DNA of 63,400 nucleotides, counting the filler, from Octopus bimaculoides (Eukaryota), in the NCBI RefSeq assembly GCF_001194135.2. It is 7 parts of 6 records of this genome, joined end to end, with 100 filler letters (N's around TTAATTAATTAA, not from the genome) between each part and the next. Parts side by side here need not be neighbours in the genome. Positions count along the whole stretch, not along the records: positions 20,505 to 29,341 come from NC_068982.1; positions 29,442 to 56,868 come from NC_068998.1; 5 more parts are not named here. One strand, 5' to 3'. The translations under genes and the position numbers were made by a program. Under the pieces are notes generated by a model. That model worked only from the letters and a program-made list of their open reading frames with translations, had not been told where the DNA came from and did not search any database. Shown piece after piece: positions 26,100 through 39,297 of the stretch (its first letter is position 1; every line of letters starts with the position of its first letter).

Positions 26100-26800
26100 T
26101 TCTACTTCTGACACCACTTGTTAGGCCGCGCGCGGCCTCCCGAAACCACCAACAAGCGCCAACAGTCTGTGTCCGTAGCTCAGAAGACCGCGCAGGCGAG
26201 CTCAGCAAGCCAACTTGTTTAGAGTGGAAGAAGCAGTAGTCAAAGTAGTCAGGAAAATCGAAAATAACAAACAAAACCGTTGAGTACAAGGCAGCAGCTT
26301 CTGCGTGGTTACGAGACTTACTAGAAATAGTCAAGTCTTCATTAGCTTACATTTTAGTCTTTTTTCAACGTTTTTTCGCCCTTTTTAATATAGTCCAAGG
26401 CAGATTAAACCTAGAAAATACGACGGTCACGGACATGATGCTTCTGGCCATAGATCTGCTCAATTAGAGTTGATCTGAAGCTAACAACAGCAGTGTATGC
26501 CATCCATTCCTTACTGAAGGACATGAACAGAATAAACGAAGCAAATTAACACCGTCGCAGACTGAAACAAAAATGATGATCCGTTCGTCGAGAGATTGCA
26601 GTTGACTCTTAATACCACGCTTTAATAAATAGCTATTTCTGATACTAGCATAGGAGACAAGTTTTTATTGGGTAGGACAGGGATAGAAGGGAACAGTTAA
26701 TCCCAGAGGAATTCATACACAGAATGTCAAGTAGAACTCTGTTCTTTCTACCGCGTGGGGGCGCCCGTTCCGCATGCATGAACACACGCACACACACTGC
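26100..26800. promoter_or_regulatory. CpG-enriched candidate promoter region
   Basis: Perfect 16-bp palindrome AGGCCGCGCGCGGCCT (26123-26138), GCGCAGGCG, GGGGGCGCC and CGCATGC motifs, and a minus-strand donor cta|GTAAGT at 26321. Confidence 0.3.
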
Positions 26801-26840
26801 TTTACTTATTCACAAAGCTAATGGCTGAAGAAGAGAAATG

Positions 26841-27457
26841 GGATCTATTTTAAAACGGGGGCCACATTTTTCATTAATGTTTTACGTAGTGTTTTTGGTA
26901 CGGAAAGACTTCCAAACTTCGTATACTTATCTATTTTGTGTTATAGAACAGAAAAATATTTTTGTATTCGAATTTATTTCATGTAAAAAATTGTCTTATT
27001 TCGATAATTTCAACCAATCACTGACAAGTATTCAGTTGTTTACATTTACTCCTTTGGCTGATTAAGCGATGTAAAGCGTATTTAATCTCCATACCTTCGT
27101 TTTATTTGCTTTTTTCATTTTAAATTTNNNNNNNNNNNNNNNNNNNNNNNNNNNNNNNNNNNNNNNNNNNNNNNNNNNNNNNNNNNNNNNNNNNNNNNNN
27201 NNNNNNNNNNNNNNNNNNNNNNNNNNNNNNNNNNNNNNNNNNNNNNNNNNNNNNNNNNNNNNNNNNNNNNNNNNNNNNNNNNNNNNNNNNNNNNNNNNNN
27301 NNNNNNNNNNNNNNNNNNNNNNNNNNNNNNNNNNNNNNNNNNNNNNNNNNNNNNNNNNNNNNNNNNNNNNNNNNNNNNTATAACACATTCTACCAGTGTT
27401 CCAAGTTTCAAAGTGTTTCGTTAATGAAAAATGTGGCCCCCGTTTTAAAAAAGATCC
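26841..27457. mobile_element. MITE with 37-bp TIRs and 8-bp TSD (Merlin-like)
   Basis: ggatctattttaaaacgggggccacatttttcattaa (26841-26877) against its reverse complement at 27421-27457 (one mismatch). TSD gagaaatg at 26833-26840 and 27458-27465. Confidence 0.85.
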
Positions 27458-27647
27458 GAGAAATGGAGTCTGTTGGATCGATAACAATATAACACTGATT
27501 ATGACCGACCCTTGAAGAATATTAAACAACGTCGATCCTACAAAGAGTTGAACTCATAACCCGAAGGAAAAAAATACTGTATTAAGTTTAGTCATACTAT
27601 CTCAAGTCTGAACATTCTTGTTCTTCCTGTTGGATGTATTGTATCTA

Positions 27648-27957
27648 TGGTGGCTCACTGGTTAAGGTGGTCGACTCACGGTTATAATGCCGTGAGTTCG
27701 ATTCCTGGTGATGCGTCGTGTCCTTGAGCAAGACACTTTATTTCACGTTGCTCTAGTTAACTTAGCTGGCAAAAATGAGTTGTACCTGTATTTCAAAGGG
27801 CAAGCTTTTTCACATTTTGTGTCACATTGAATCACCCTGAGAACTACGTTAAGGGTACACATATCTGTGGAATGCTCAGCCACTTGCACGTTAATTTCAC
27901 GAGCAGGCTGTTCCGTTGATCGGTTCGACTGGAACCCTCGTCGTCGTGACCGACGGA
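27648..27957 (+). mobile_element. tRNA-derived SINE family C. Other copies at ~4365-4632 (+), 5597-5871 (+), 34841-35150 (-), 38040-38185 (-), 41636-41873 plus 42257-42320 (-)
   Basis: gagttcgattcc..gtgtccttgagcaagacactttatttcacgttgctc..ttcaaaggg..ctcagccacttgcacgttaatttcacgagcaggctgttcc..accgacgga. Confidence 0.85.
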
Positions 27958-29441
27958 AAGCCCGAAGTATGGTGTTAAAGAGATTAGATCTAAAAGTTAG
28001 TCCACTTATCTCAAGGCTAAACACATTGGCTCTACAAATTAAATTCTGTTGCCTCAAAAGTAGTATTCGTCCTGGGCACCATTATTCCTACGAATTAATT
28101 CCACAATTTACACTTAGTCACCCAATCACTCCCTATGTACAACTAAACTTATGTATTATATATCAATTTGGTATAAGGTTAATTTTCGTAGTAATTCGTA
28201 AAATCGACCGAATTAACTTGATATTACATTGATATCAGATTGAAACAGGTAAAATCAACCTCACTGGAATTTCGAATACAGAATAGTTGAGGTGGAAAAC
28301 TTGAACACAGAATGGTATTTTACTCCAGTGTTTTAAAACCTCTGTCCATAAACCGATATTATAAATTTTTTACACAAATGGGAATGGTTGTAACAGTGGG
28401 ATCCACCATCAAGTATATCTGTATCTGCTATTTATTTAATCCATACAACATATATCTGGCACTTTTCCCCCTCACTACTGTAGGAAATATAAAAATAAAG
28501 GCTATCCTTTACAAAATTTGTATTAACAATATAAGGTATAAAAAAAGCCTTTCAAAGATTTGTATAAATCTGTGCTATGGTAGCCAAAAATTTCGATCGT
28601 TTTACAGTATTTCTACTAAAAAGACAAAAATCAAAAAACCCTTAACCTAAACGTTAGAACTAATTTTTGTTTATACCGATTTGTCGATGAGCAAAAGACA
28701 GTAGATAAGGATAGCATAGGCTGCCCACATTCTAAAGTCATTTGCTATACGGTCGGCTTTGTTGACAGGGACCCGGTTGTTGGAATTTGAACGTGTTGCT
28801 CCCGGCGTGACAAGCTTACAGAGAACGGAATTAGCGATGGGGGAAGTCGTCACCAACAAAGAGTGGTTCACTTTGAAAAGGATGATAAGAACAAAATCCA
28901 TAAGGTTTAGTGAAGTTGTAGTGGTAGAAAAAGCAGAATAGAAGGAGACGTATTAAGAAAATAATAAGCAGCGCTAAGGAAAGGCATTACTACCAATGTA
29001 CTCGCGGCGAGATTGGCTTTCAACTAATTCTTCAATGCAAAACATGAAGGTTGCATTGTCGGAACTATGGTGTTTGCTCTCAAACAGGAGGGGACGAAAA
29101 CCGTTCAATAGGCCCCCGTATGGCCGAGGTGCAGCTTGGCCACAAGTACACAATTTGGTCTTTAGGTTCTGAGCATGCATCTGTCGAGTGAAGGAGAAGG
29201 ATAGGGAAAAGACACCTCCCCTAGTCGTCAGGATGACCGTAGCTTTGCAGGGTTTTCATGAGCGGCTCACGGAAGTCTCACTTGCTTTAATTTATTGTTA
29301 CCTTCACTCTGTTATTTTATCGTTGAAGCTCGATCTTTCTGNNNNNNNNNNNNNNNNNNNNNNNNNNNNNNNNNNNNNNNNNNNNTTAATTAATTAANNN
29401 NNNNNNNNNNNNNNNNNNNNNNNNNNNNNNNNNNNNNNNNN

Positions 29442-29945
29442 TATACAGTACTGGTATGAGTGCATTAATGCAGCACCGGCATGGATGCTTTTCAAGTGGC
29501 ACCAACACCTGAAAGGACAAGCCTGTATGTGTGGAAGACAGCGATTTTACTTAGCTTGATGTGTCCAATCACGTACAGCAAATTGCCACATCTCCAATTC
29601 CTTTGTTATTTCCTCAGTGAGGCCCAGTGTCCAAAGATCCTTTCACACCACTTTGTCCCATGTCTTCCTCGGTCTACCTTTTCCATAGGTACCCTCCACA
29701 CTTAGAGCTTGGTACTTCTTTATGCAGCTGTCCTCATTCATACGCATCACATGATTAAATCAATGCAGTCTTCTCTCTTGTACACAATATATGATGCCTC
29801 TTATACCCAGTTTTCCTCTTAAACCATTTACACTTTATTGTGCATGCACACTGACATTATCCATCCAACAGCCTATGCTAGCTTCATTTCTTTCAAGCCT
29901 TTGCAATCTTCTGTTGTCAAAACCCATGTTTCACTACCATTTAAC
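29442..29945 (-). mobile_element. RTE-clade LINE 3' fragment
   Basis: RLQRLERNEAS..KLGIRGI..QERRLH*FNHVMRMNEDSCIKK..VEGTYGKGRPRKTWDKVV, plus 3' UTR shared with 37740-37820. Confidence 0.85.
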
Positions 29946-30861
29946 ATATTTGTATGCACATCTATATGCGTGTGTATTTGCATGTATGTTTGTATTTTAG
30001 TAGATATCTATGTCGTTTTATGTGTGCATTTTTATGTGTGCGTTTGCAAGCTGAATGAAGTATTTAACATTCATTAGATACTTTTTAGGAATGCCAACTT
30101 CCAAATCATCTTACCCTCTACTACTTTCTATTTTCCTCTTTCTCTTTCTAATTTTTTGTTTCTTTTTCTTCTATTTCTTTTTCTTCTTTTCCTTTTTTTT
30201 CTCTCCCACTGCTTGTTATTCTCTGATTTTCTTTTCATTTTCTTCCTCTCGCCTGTAACAATTAAGTTGTATAAGCATACACCAGGAGGAATTATGCACG
30301 TATGTGTGTGTGTGGGCATACATAAATATGCATTTGTGTAAATTTATGTTTTGCCTATATTTGTCTGTATATGCATGTAACCATGTACTAACGCCTGTAT
30401 TTTTAGTGTATAGATAGATTGTTTGGTATGTGTATGTATTGCTAAATGTATATGTATTTTAGTGTGAAAGTTTTTTTAAACAGATATATCTTTCAATTTA
30501 TTTAAATTTGTTATTATTTTTTACCACTAATTATTTACCCAGGGTATTCAGGTCTTTTTTCCTTCTACATAAGCTATTTTTGATTTAAAGTTTTCTTCGA
30601 TTTTTAAAATATGATTTTAAACCGCAATTGTAATTTCATGCAACCAGCTATTGGAAAGACCATTATTTTAAAGGACCAATGAAACAAACCCATTCTCAAA
30701 TGTGTATCTATTAAAGTAATTGTATATTTATGCATATAACCTTATTTTGTTCCATTCTAAACAAACTATCTGACAAATGGGAACGTGAAACTCTGAGTAA
30801 CCGTTTTTGTGATATTTTTGCTGATTTTTTAATAAAGTAGATATATATATATATCTGTATA

Positions 30862-32260
30862 TCATCATCATCCTTTAATGTCCATGTTCCATGCTTGCAA
30901 GGGTTAGTTTGACAGGATCTTGCAAGGGTTGGTTTGATTGATCTCAAGACCTGCACTGCAGTCTATTATTTGCTTTGGTGTGGTTTCCGCAACTGGATGC
31001 CCTTCCTAATGCCAACCACTTTGCAGCATGCACTGGGTGCTTTTTTCATGACAGCAAGACCAAGTTCCTCTTCAACTGAGTAAGGCTTCAAAAAATTGGA
31101 AGACATTCTGGTATGAGACGAGTGAGATAAGGGGCCAAATTAGAACAGGTTTATTGCTGTAGGGAGCTACACAGCTACTCATATTATGAAAAACAAGTGT
31201 TGAAAGATGATAAGTAGGGGAGGTAGGGAAGAAGGAAGAATAAATGACAATAGTAGAAATTGGATGACCAATGATACATGAATTGGGGGAGGTATGAGAG
31301 AGGAGAGATGACTTAGTGCAGAAAAGCTGATAGAATGGTGAAGAGCAGAAGAATAGTAACAACAGTAATAACAATGATGTTGTAGACAGAGAAAGTAAGA
31401 GAGAGGAAGGATGAAAAAGTGAGGGTAGATGCAGTACATGATGAAGAAAGAGACACAGAGTGGTAGAGAAGGGATAATTTGGTAGCTCAGGAGGGTGATC
31501 AATATGAAATGTGAGTGGAAAGGGCAATATTAAGAATGAAAGATGATTAACAGTGAAAAGGTTCTGAATAGTAAAGGCTATCAGGGAAAAGCAGGAGTAT
31601 GCAGTTTTGCTCACATCTAACTACAGTGGAAGAATAGTGCAGAATCAGAGAGATGATGGGTGGTGAGAATACTCTGAGGAGGAAATTGGGCAGGAAAGTG
31701 CATCTGTGCATCATATCTCAGTTTAATCAAGATGTGCTGGTCGTCTTGAAAACTGCATATCATCAGTCACTCTGGTCTTTTGCCATCTCCTCTGATATTC
31801 AAGGATCTGAGATTAGCCTTTGCTACTTCATCTTGTGTCTGCCTAGGTCTTCCTATCCTGCAAGCTCCATCTACATTAAGTGATTTGTACTTCTTTATAC
31901 AGCTATCCTCATACCAGCACATCACATATCCATACCAGCACAGTTTCCATTTTTTGTACACTACATCTGATTCCTCTAATGTTCAGTTTTTCTCTCAATG
32001 TAATTTTACTTAGTCATTCATACACACATACATTACACATTCAATGAAGCAGACTAGTTTTGCTTCTTTTCTGTCTGCTCAAATCCTTTGCATTCAAGGC
32101 CCATGTCTCATGACAAAGCAGTATTATAGTTCTAACGCAAGTGTCATACAATCTGTGCTTCACTCTGAGGGAAAGGCCCAAACCTTTTCCAAGGTAAAGG
32201 GATGACTTGTAGCACAAAATGAGATGAAATATGGGCAGTTCTGCTCTCATAACTGCAGCG
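30862..32260 (-). mobile_element. 5'-truncated RTE LINE with long 3' UTR and (GAT)n tail
   Basis: LSLRVKHRLYDTCVRT..ETWAL and WYGYVM..DSCIKK..GRPRQT (31767-32250). Purine-rich UTR; tcatcatca tail at 30862. Confidence 0.8.
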
Positions 32261-32379
32261 ACTCAACAGTGCTATAGTTAAAAGAGTGATGAATGGATGG
32301 GTGTCAGGAAGATGGGTGTCAGGAAGATGAGAGGTGAGGAAAGATTGGGGGTGGGGGTCATGGACATAAACATAATTCT

Positions 32380-33680
32380 TCTAGAGCCTCATATTTGCCA
32401 TGCTCAATGGATCCTTTTGAGCACAGCAAATCACCAATCATCTCAGTCCTTCGTTATCTCAACATCCTGAAGTAAGACTTCACTACTTCATCCTACATCA
32501 TCCTTATTCTCCCTCTTTCATAAGCTCTATGCATATTTTGTGGTCAACACTTCTTTATGCAGCTGTCGTCATCCATATGCATCAAATCGCCATACCATTG
32601 CAGTCTTCTCTCTTGCACGCTATATCTGAAGCCTCTGACACCCAATTTTTCTTAATATATTTGCACTTTGATGTACATACACACTGATATTGCACATCCA
32701 CTGAAACATGATAGCTTCAATTCTTTCTAATCTTTGCATGTCCTCTGCTTTCAGAGCTCAAATCTCACTTCTATGTAGCATTAATGTTCATACACAAGCA
32801 TCATACAATCTACCTTTCACTTTGAGAGATATACGATTTCTTATCAACAAAGATAATAGTTTTCTATACTTTCTCTAGCGTGTTCTTATTCTAGCAACTA
32901 TACTTTCAGAACATTTTCCTCCATTGATATTTAAGTTGCTTAAGTAAAAGAAGCTATCTACTGCCTCCAGGAATCCTCTTGAGATTTTGAGAAAATCTAT
33001 TTCCCATGTATCCTAGTGGCTTATGGTTTTGTGTGTCTGCCACATACAAAGCCTACTTCTCTATTAACCTGTTATTCTTATGTTATTCTTATGATGTTAT
33101 TCTGTTATTCTTATAATGTTCAAAGTATACACTGGGTACACCATATGAAATTTCTGCTTACACCTTTTCTATATTACAAGCAAGGACATTTTCCTGAAAG
33201 GTGTACAGTCCTGTTTTCCTCCTTACTAGAACTTTGATCTTTGCTAAATTAACTTTAAGGCCCTTTAATTCCAAGTTTTGTTTCCACACCTGGAATTTCA
33301 TTTCTAATTCTACCACCGATTCTCATCTAGAAACAAAGTCACAAGCATAAAGAGTTCCCAGGTTTCAAACACCACTGTTTTGACCCAGAGAACAATGATA
33401 AACAGAAAGAAACTGAAAGTCAAGCATTGGTGAATTCCTGTCAGTATCCCTGTATATAGCTTGAATAGCTGTCACCAGCCATTCCTCTGCCCCTAATATC
33501 TACAGTGACCACCAGATGAGAGAGCAAGGGTCCCTGCTGAAGGCTTTCTCCAAGTCAAAGAATGCCAAGTACAGTAATTTACCTTCAGCGAAATACTTCT
33601 GTTGCTGTTGCATTCGTAGAAGGGAAGCATCAGTAATACTTCTTGGTACAAAAACCCAACTGCATCTCATCTAGGCTGAT
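32380..33680 (-). mobile_element. Second degenerate RTE LINE including RT core
   Basis: ISLDEMQLGF..KYFAEGKLLYLAFFDLEKAFSR..LIWWSL*ILGAEEWLVTAIQAIY (33440-33680) and a C-terminal RLQWYG..MDDDSCIKKC (~32540-32620). Confidence 0.8.
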
Positions 33681-34395
33681 TTCCTTCCTAATTAATTGAG
33701 CCCTGACCATAACAACAGTATAATCTCTAGCACTGAACTGGTATCTTTATTTTTTATCTTTTACTTGTTTCGGCCATTAGACTGTGGCCATGCTGGGGCA
33801 CTGCCTTGAAGAATTTTTTTTAGTCAAATGAATCGATCCCAGTATTTGTCGGTTTTAAGCCTGGTACTTATTCTGTCAGTCTATGTTGCCATACTGTTAA
33901 GTTATAGGATGTAAACACACCAACACCAATTGTCAAGCAGTGGTGTGGGACAAACACAGACACAAAGACACACAGACATAAAGACACACAGACACAAAGA
34001 CACACACACACACACACATATAAATATATATACAATGGGCTCCTTTCAGTTTCTTATTTCTTTATTGCCCACAAGGGGTTAAACATAGAGGGGACAAACA
34101 AGGACAGACAAAGGGATTAAGTCGATTACATCAACCCCAAAAGGATGAAAGGCAAAGTCGACCTCGGCGGAATTTGAACTCAGAACATAAAGACAGACGA
34201 AATACCGCAAAGCATTTCGCCCGGCGAGCTAACATTTCTGCCAGCTCACCACCTTCAGTTTCTGTCTACCAAATCAACTCACAAGGCTTTGGTTGACCCA
34301 AGACTATAGTAGAAGGTACTTGCCCAAAGTGTCATGCAGTGGACTGAACCTGGAGTCATGTGGTTAGGAAGCAAGCTTCTTACTATACAGCCAAG

Positions 34396-34500
34396 CTATT
34401 CATAACTGATTATAATTCCTGTCAAGTCCTTTTTGATTAGGTTGACAACTTGATCACTAAAAATCCAGTTTGATAATATTTTCAGCTTGTGGAAAAAAAA
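34396..34500 (+). repeat. ~100-bp direct repeat, partner at 38631-38736
   Basis: ctattcataactgattataattcctgtcaagtcc..gataatattttcagcttgtg plus poly(A) in both copies, with a few substitutions. Confidence 0.85.
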
Positions 34501-35453
34501 AAAAAAGAAAACTAATCCACCTCATAGGTGTATGTGTATTTTTGTATATGTGTATGCATCTATGCATGTATATGTATTTATGTATTATGAATGCATGTAT
34601 ATATATAAATATATATATATATATGTACGTACGTACGTATGTATGTATGTATGTATGTATGTATGTATGTATGTATGTTCTCTCCTATTTTAAATCAGCT
34701 GAAGTCTTCTTGTTAGGAAGGATCTGATTTCTAATAAAGATACAGCTTATGTATGAATCTATGCATTTATGTATAAATGTATTTATATAAGTATGTACTC
34801 ATGTGTGCGCGTGTGAATGTATGTGCATATGTGTGTACTGGCACTCCGTTAGTTATGACAATGAATGTTCCAGTTGATCCAATCTATAGAACAGGCTGCA
34901 CGTGAAATTAACATGCAAGTGGCTGAGCACTCCACAGACACGTGTACACTTAGCACAGTTCACAAGGAGATTAAGCATGACTTAGGGTGTGACAAAGCTG
35001 GCCCTTTGAAATACAGGGATTAGTCAGTTTTGCCAGGTGAATGAACTGGAACACCATGAAATAAAAGTGTCTTGCTTAAGGATACAACATGTGGCTGGAA
35101 ATTGAACTCACAATCTTACAATTGTGAACTGAATACCCTAACCACTAAACCACATGTATACATATGCATATTTGTATGCATATATTTGCATGCATGTTAT
35201 TATTTAGTTTTATTTCTGGATTTCTTGCCAATGGAGAGAGAATTGGTTTCTAACCTAGATCCAGGGCTCCTTCTTTGGAATTTTAAACATCATGAAGGTA
35301 TTTGTGCAAGTTTGTGTGTATGCGTGCAGTATTTGAAGTCAGCATATGTGTGCAGTATTTGTAGATTTATATGCTTTGTTTTATGCATGTATGTATGTAT
35401 GTATGTATGTATGTATGCATGTATGCATGTATGTATGTATGTATGTATGTATG

Positions 35454-35484
<31 letters not shown>

Positions 35485-36196
35485 GTGTGGATGTATGTAT
35501 GAATGTATGCATATATGTGTATACTGGTGAAAAACATAAACATTGGCGAAAAACTAGTGCTCTTCAAATGAAGTCCTTTGTACACGGTTGCAGATATTTA
35601 CTTGTCTGTCTTCCTATCATAAATGCACTGAACCAATGATTGCCCTGTTACAAACCTATAACCAAAAATATAATTGTTTGCAAATAGCAATATAAAAACA
35701 AAAAAGACAGCAGATTTGAAATTCTTGCACTGTAGATTACATTTCTTTAAACCATTATCAAAATTAGAGATATGGAAGATATATTGTTGTCTAGCTCAAT
35801 GACTTTGGTTTATTTTTGCAACTTTCCAGGTCCAGTGGGTGGAGAAGTGCCCATTGTCTTTGAAGTCCTTTCAAGAATGCTGAGATTGACATCGTTAATG
35901 TTCCTTTTGGACTTTTATATGTCTACAGAGAGGAAGACAAGAGTAGGGAAATAATTCTGGTGGTCCAATATTCTGGGAAGAGAAGACTGTGTGTAGTGTT
36001 TAATGCAAGACCTGGGGTAGGATGCAACAAAGGTGATTAAAGAAAAAGAGAAATGCCTTAGCGGAGGTGACAACTTCAAGAAGCAGAGGCCATTTATAAC
36101 ACTGTAACAAAATTTTAATTTTTTAATTTATTTTTACCTTTGGTCAGTAAGTGTTATTTTCTATTTGCTTTTATCTAGAAATCAAAGGAAATGACT

Positions 36197-36517
36197 GCTA
36201 TTCCCTTCAAACTTTGCTTTTGTAACCTGTGCATCAATGTTTTGAAACTGACCTATTTTCCATTACATTTCAGATAGATTCAGTGCTGAGTTGCTGAAGC
36301 AGAAATATCATTGTAGCAAATATTCTGCTCACTACCACAGATTTGCTTGCCAGTTGTTTGACCTTAACCTTTTGAGCATGTCCCTTAGTGGCTGACAATG
36401 TGTGCATCTCTGATCATGAGCAGGAGTAGTGGGGGGAGCATCATAGCCATGTGTTGGGAGGGATTCTTTGGGGTTTGAATAGAAAGTGTAACAAAAGCAA
36501 AGTTTGAAGGAAATAGC
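36197..36517. mobile_element. MITE with ~30-bp imperfect TIRs
   Basis: gctattcccttcaaactttgcttttgtaac (36197-36226) and gtaacaaaagcaaagtttgaaggaaatagc (36488-36517). Confidence 0.7.
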
Positions 36518-36606
36518 CATTTTTCATGCATTTTATGGGAAGCAAATAGGAAATAACACTTGCTACCCAAGGACAAACATCTTGTTAAATAGTGTAATAG
36601 TGCTAT

Positions 36607-36651
<45 letters not shown>

Positions 36652-37083
36652 AGACAAGTCAGGCAGACAGACTGACAGACAGACAGACAGACAGAGAAGA
36701 CTGCATGCCTTTAGACCAGTGACTGGAGTATGCCTATGACTGTATTTATGCCAATTATCAGATGTCTCTTTTCTGGATATAGTCTAGGATGTGTGATTGC
36801 AGTAGCAGCATATCCCCAGTGGGGGAGCTTCATCTAAGTTTTTTTAGGGTGTCAATAATTGTTGGTACTTGAAATATCTTCTGGCTCTAAAGAGAAAGGG
36901 TTTGTCATTGAGATGTGATCCAAGCTGTTTAAGGATAGGATTTTGTCAGAAGTCCTTGATGATAGTGAGATCCAACCTTACTTTCCATCCTTTGGAGAGT
37001 TGGCGGGGTCGATAACATACCAAACAAGGGCAGTGGACTGGTGGAATCACTAGGACATCAGATGGAATGTGTTGTGGAACAAT

Positions 37084-37258
37084 GGGGTGCTGAAAAGTTC
37101 CTGACTTTAAGGGTATTGTGAAAAGCCTGGATGGAGGCCCAACCTTCCAAGTTCTTTTACAGGGCTTAGAAAAACTGAAGGACTGCTGTGATAAGTGTGC
37201 GACTCTGAAAGGGGAATATGTTGAAAGAAAATCATAATTAACTTATTTTCCTGTATTT
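37084..37258 (+). mobile_element. Mariner-derived MITE, copy 2
   Basis: ggggtgctgaaaagttcctgactt..GLEKLKDCCDKCATLKGEYVERKS*; aligns with 5280-5468. Confidence 0.7.
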
Positions 37259-37434
37259 GTTGCTGCTTTCTGAGTCTCACTATGGTGGCAGATTTAATCC
37301 ATCGCTTGATCTACCTCCAACATCTGGTTGTTGGTCTCCTTTAGCAGAGTCTACTTTATTGCAGGCATTCAGAGCAAATCTTTGGTTTGAGAATAACCCC
37401 ACTCATTTTTACTAGCCTCAGACATCCTTTAAAG

Positions 37435-37500
37435 CAGTGATCCCCAACCATTGTTTTGCACCATGGACCAAATTCATGCCAGATAATATTTCTTCAGATC
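37435..37500 (+). mobile_element. hAT/Charlie-like terminal fragment
   Basis: cagtgatccccaaccattgttttgcaccatggacc resembles the CAGTGGTCCCCAACC hAT terminus. Confidence 0.35.
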
Positions 37501-39188
37501 AAGGTATCATATGCATAATATATAATTTAATATTACATCATTATCATCATTTAATATCTGCCCTCCATACTGGCATGGGTTAGACGGTTTGACATGGAGC
37601 TGGCTAGCAGGGAGCTGTCCAGACTCCAGCTATCTGTTGTGGCATGGTTTCTATGGCTGGATACCCTACCTAATGCCAACCACTTAACAGAGTGTGCTGG
37701 GTGCTTTTTATGTACCACCAGCACAGGTGCATTAATGCAACACTGGTATGGATACTTTATAAGTGGCACTAGCACTTGAAAGGACAAGCCTATATGTGTG
37801 GAAGACAGCAATTTTACTTAGATTACATATATAATACATATATATCACATGTATAATTAATCTATAACATATATCATGGTATCATGGTACTGACCAGACT
37901 ATCGAATGTTGTTATATGTTGCTGGTTACAATGTGCTTTGTATTGTTTTAGCCTTTGAACGATGCTATCCCACTGGGTAGGTGAGCAGGCCAAAAGGCCA
38001 AAATTCCCACTGATCAGAAAAGTATTTCATCACAGGGTAAACTCATTTACAGCCGAGTGGACTGAAGCAACATAAATAAAGTGTTTTGCTCAGGAACACA
38101 ACTTGCTACCCAGTCCAAGAATCAAACCTATGATCTAGCGATTGTGAGTGCAAACACCTTAACCACTTGGCCATGCACCATCACATATTACATTTATAAT
38201 ACACATAATACAAAACCACTCAGCAAACTGCAATAGTCAACATAATAGAAATAAAATTTAAAAATTTATCTTTCTGTGTAATCTGGAACCAAATGCCTGA
38301 TACTGGTCAGCAGTCAGGTGGTTTTGCTCCCCCACTTTAAAGGGTCATAGACTTTACCCAACCTGCTGATTAAGCACTAAAAACATCCGCCACAAAAACT
38401 CCAAGAACTCAGTCCAAGTGAACATTTATCAGTTTAAAGAAATTTCAGCTACCTTCAGGTTGAATCTGTATCTCTTACACCTGACTCTATTTCTTCAACA
38501 ATGAAACAGAAGAGGTTGGAAAACACAATTTTTATCTTGTACATCTGGAAAGAAGTGAGATTCTTAACATGATTATAATGGTTCTTGGAAGAAATTAGAA
38601 AAGATAGATGTTCTTTTTACACCCAAAACACTATTCATAACTGATTATAATTCCTGTCAAGTCCTTTTTGATTAGGTTGGCAACCTGATCACTAAAAGTC
38701 CTAATTGATAATATTTTCAGCTTGTGTAAAAAAAAATATCAAACAAAATAATGAAAGAAAAAAAATTACATTGCATTACCTCTAAATTTTCTGAGGAGTT
38801 TATCTTGTTGATCAACAGTTCGTGATCAATATTGTGATCAAGGTGACATTGCTTTAGAATACAGAATCTCAATTACACCATTCAACATCGTGACATTTAA
38901 AGGGGAATTATTAAGTGAGGAAAAAAAAGAGAGATGAGGGTGAAAGTGGAGAGAAAAAGGATAGGAGAGTGAGAAACAAGGTGAGACAGAAGTAAGATGA
39001 GAAAGAGAGAGTGAGAGAGAAAGAGAAACAAAGAGAGAGAAAGAGACATGGGAGAAGTTCTTATAAAGATAGGAGAAAGAATGGAAAAGAAGAAATGAGG
39101 AAGGAGGTATGGAGAGAATGAATATGTGTGTATGTGTGTGAGGTTTTGAGTTTAATATATATCATCATCATCCTCCCACACATACACT

Positions 39189-39238
<50 letters not shown>

Positions 39239-39258
39239 CATATTTATGTGTGTGTGTT

Positions 39259-39297
<39 letters not shown>

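Noticed and set aside
35770-37020. Faint Penelope RT-like motifs on the minus strand (TMGTSP, PRLYP)
   Set aside because: Too short and degenerate to support without a profile search.
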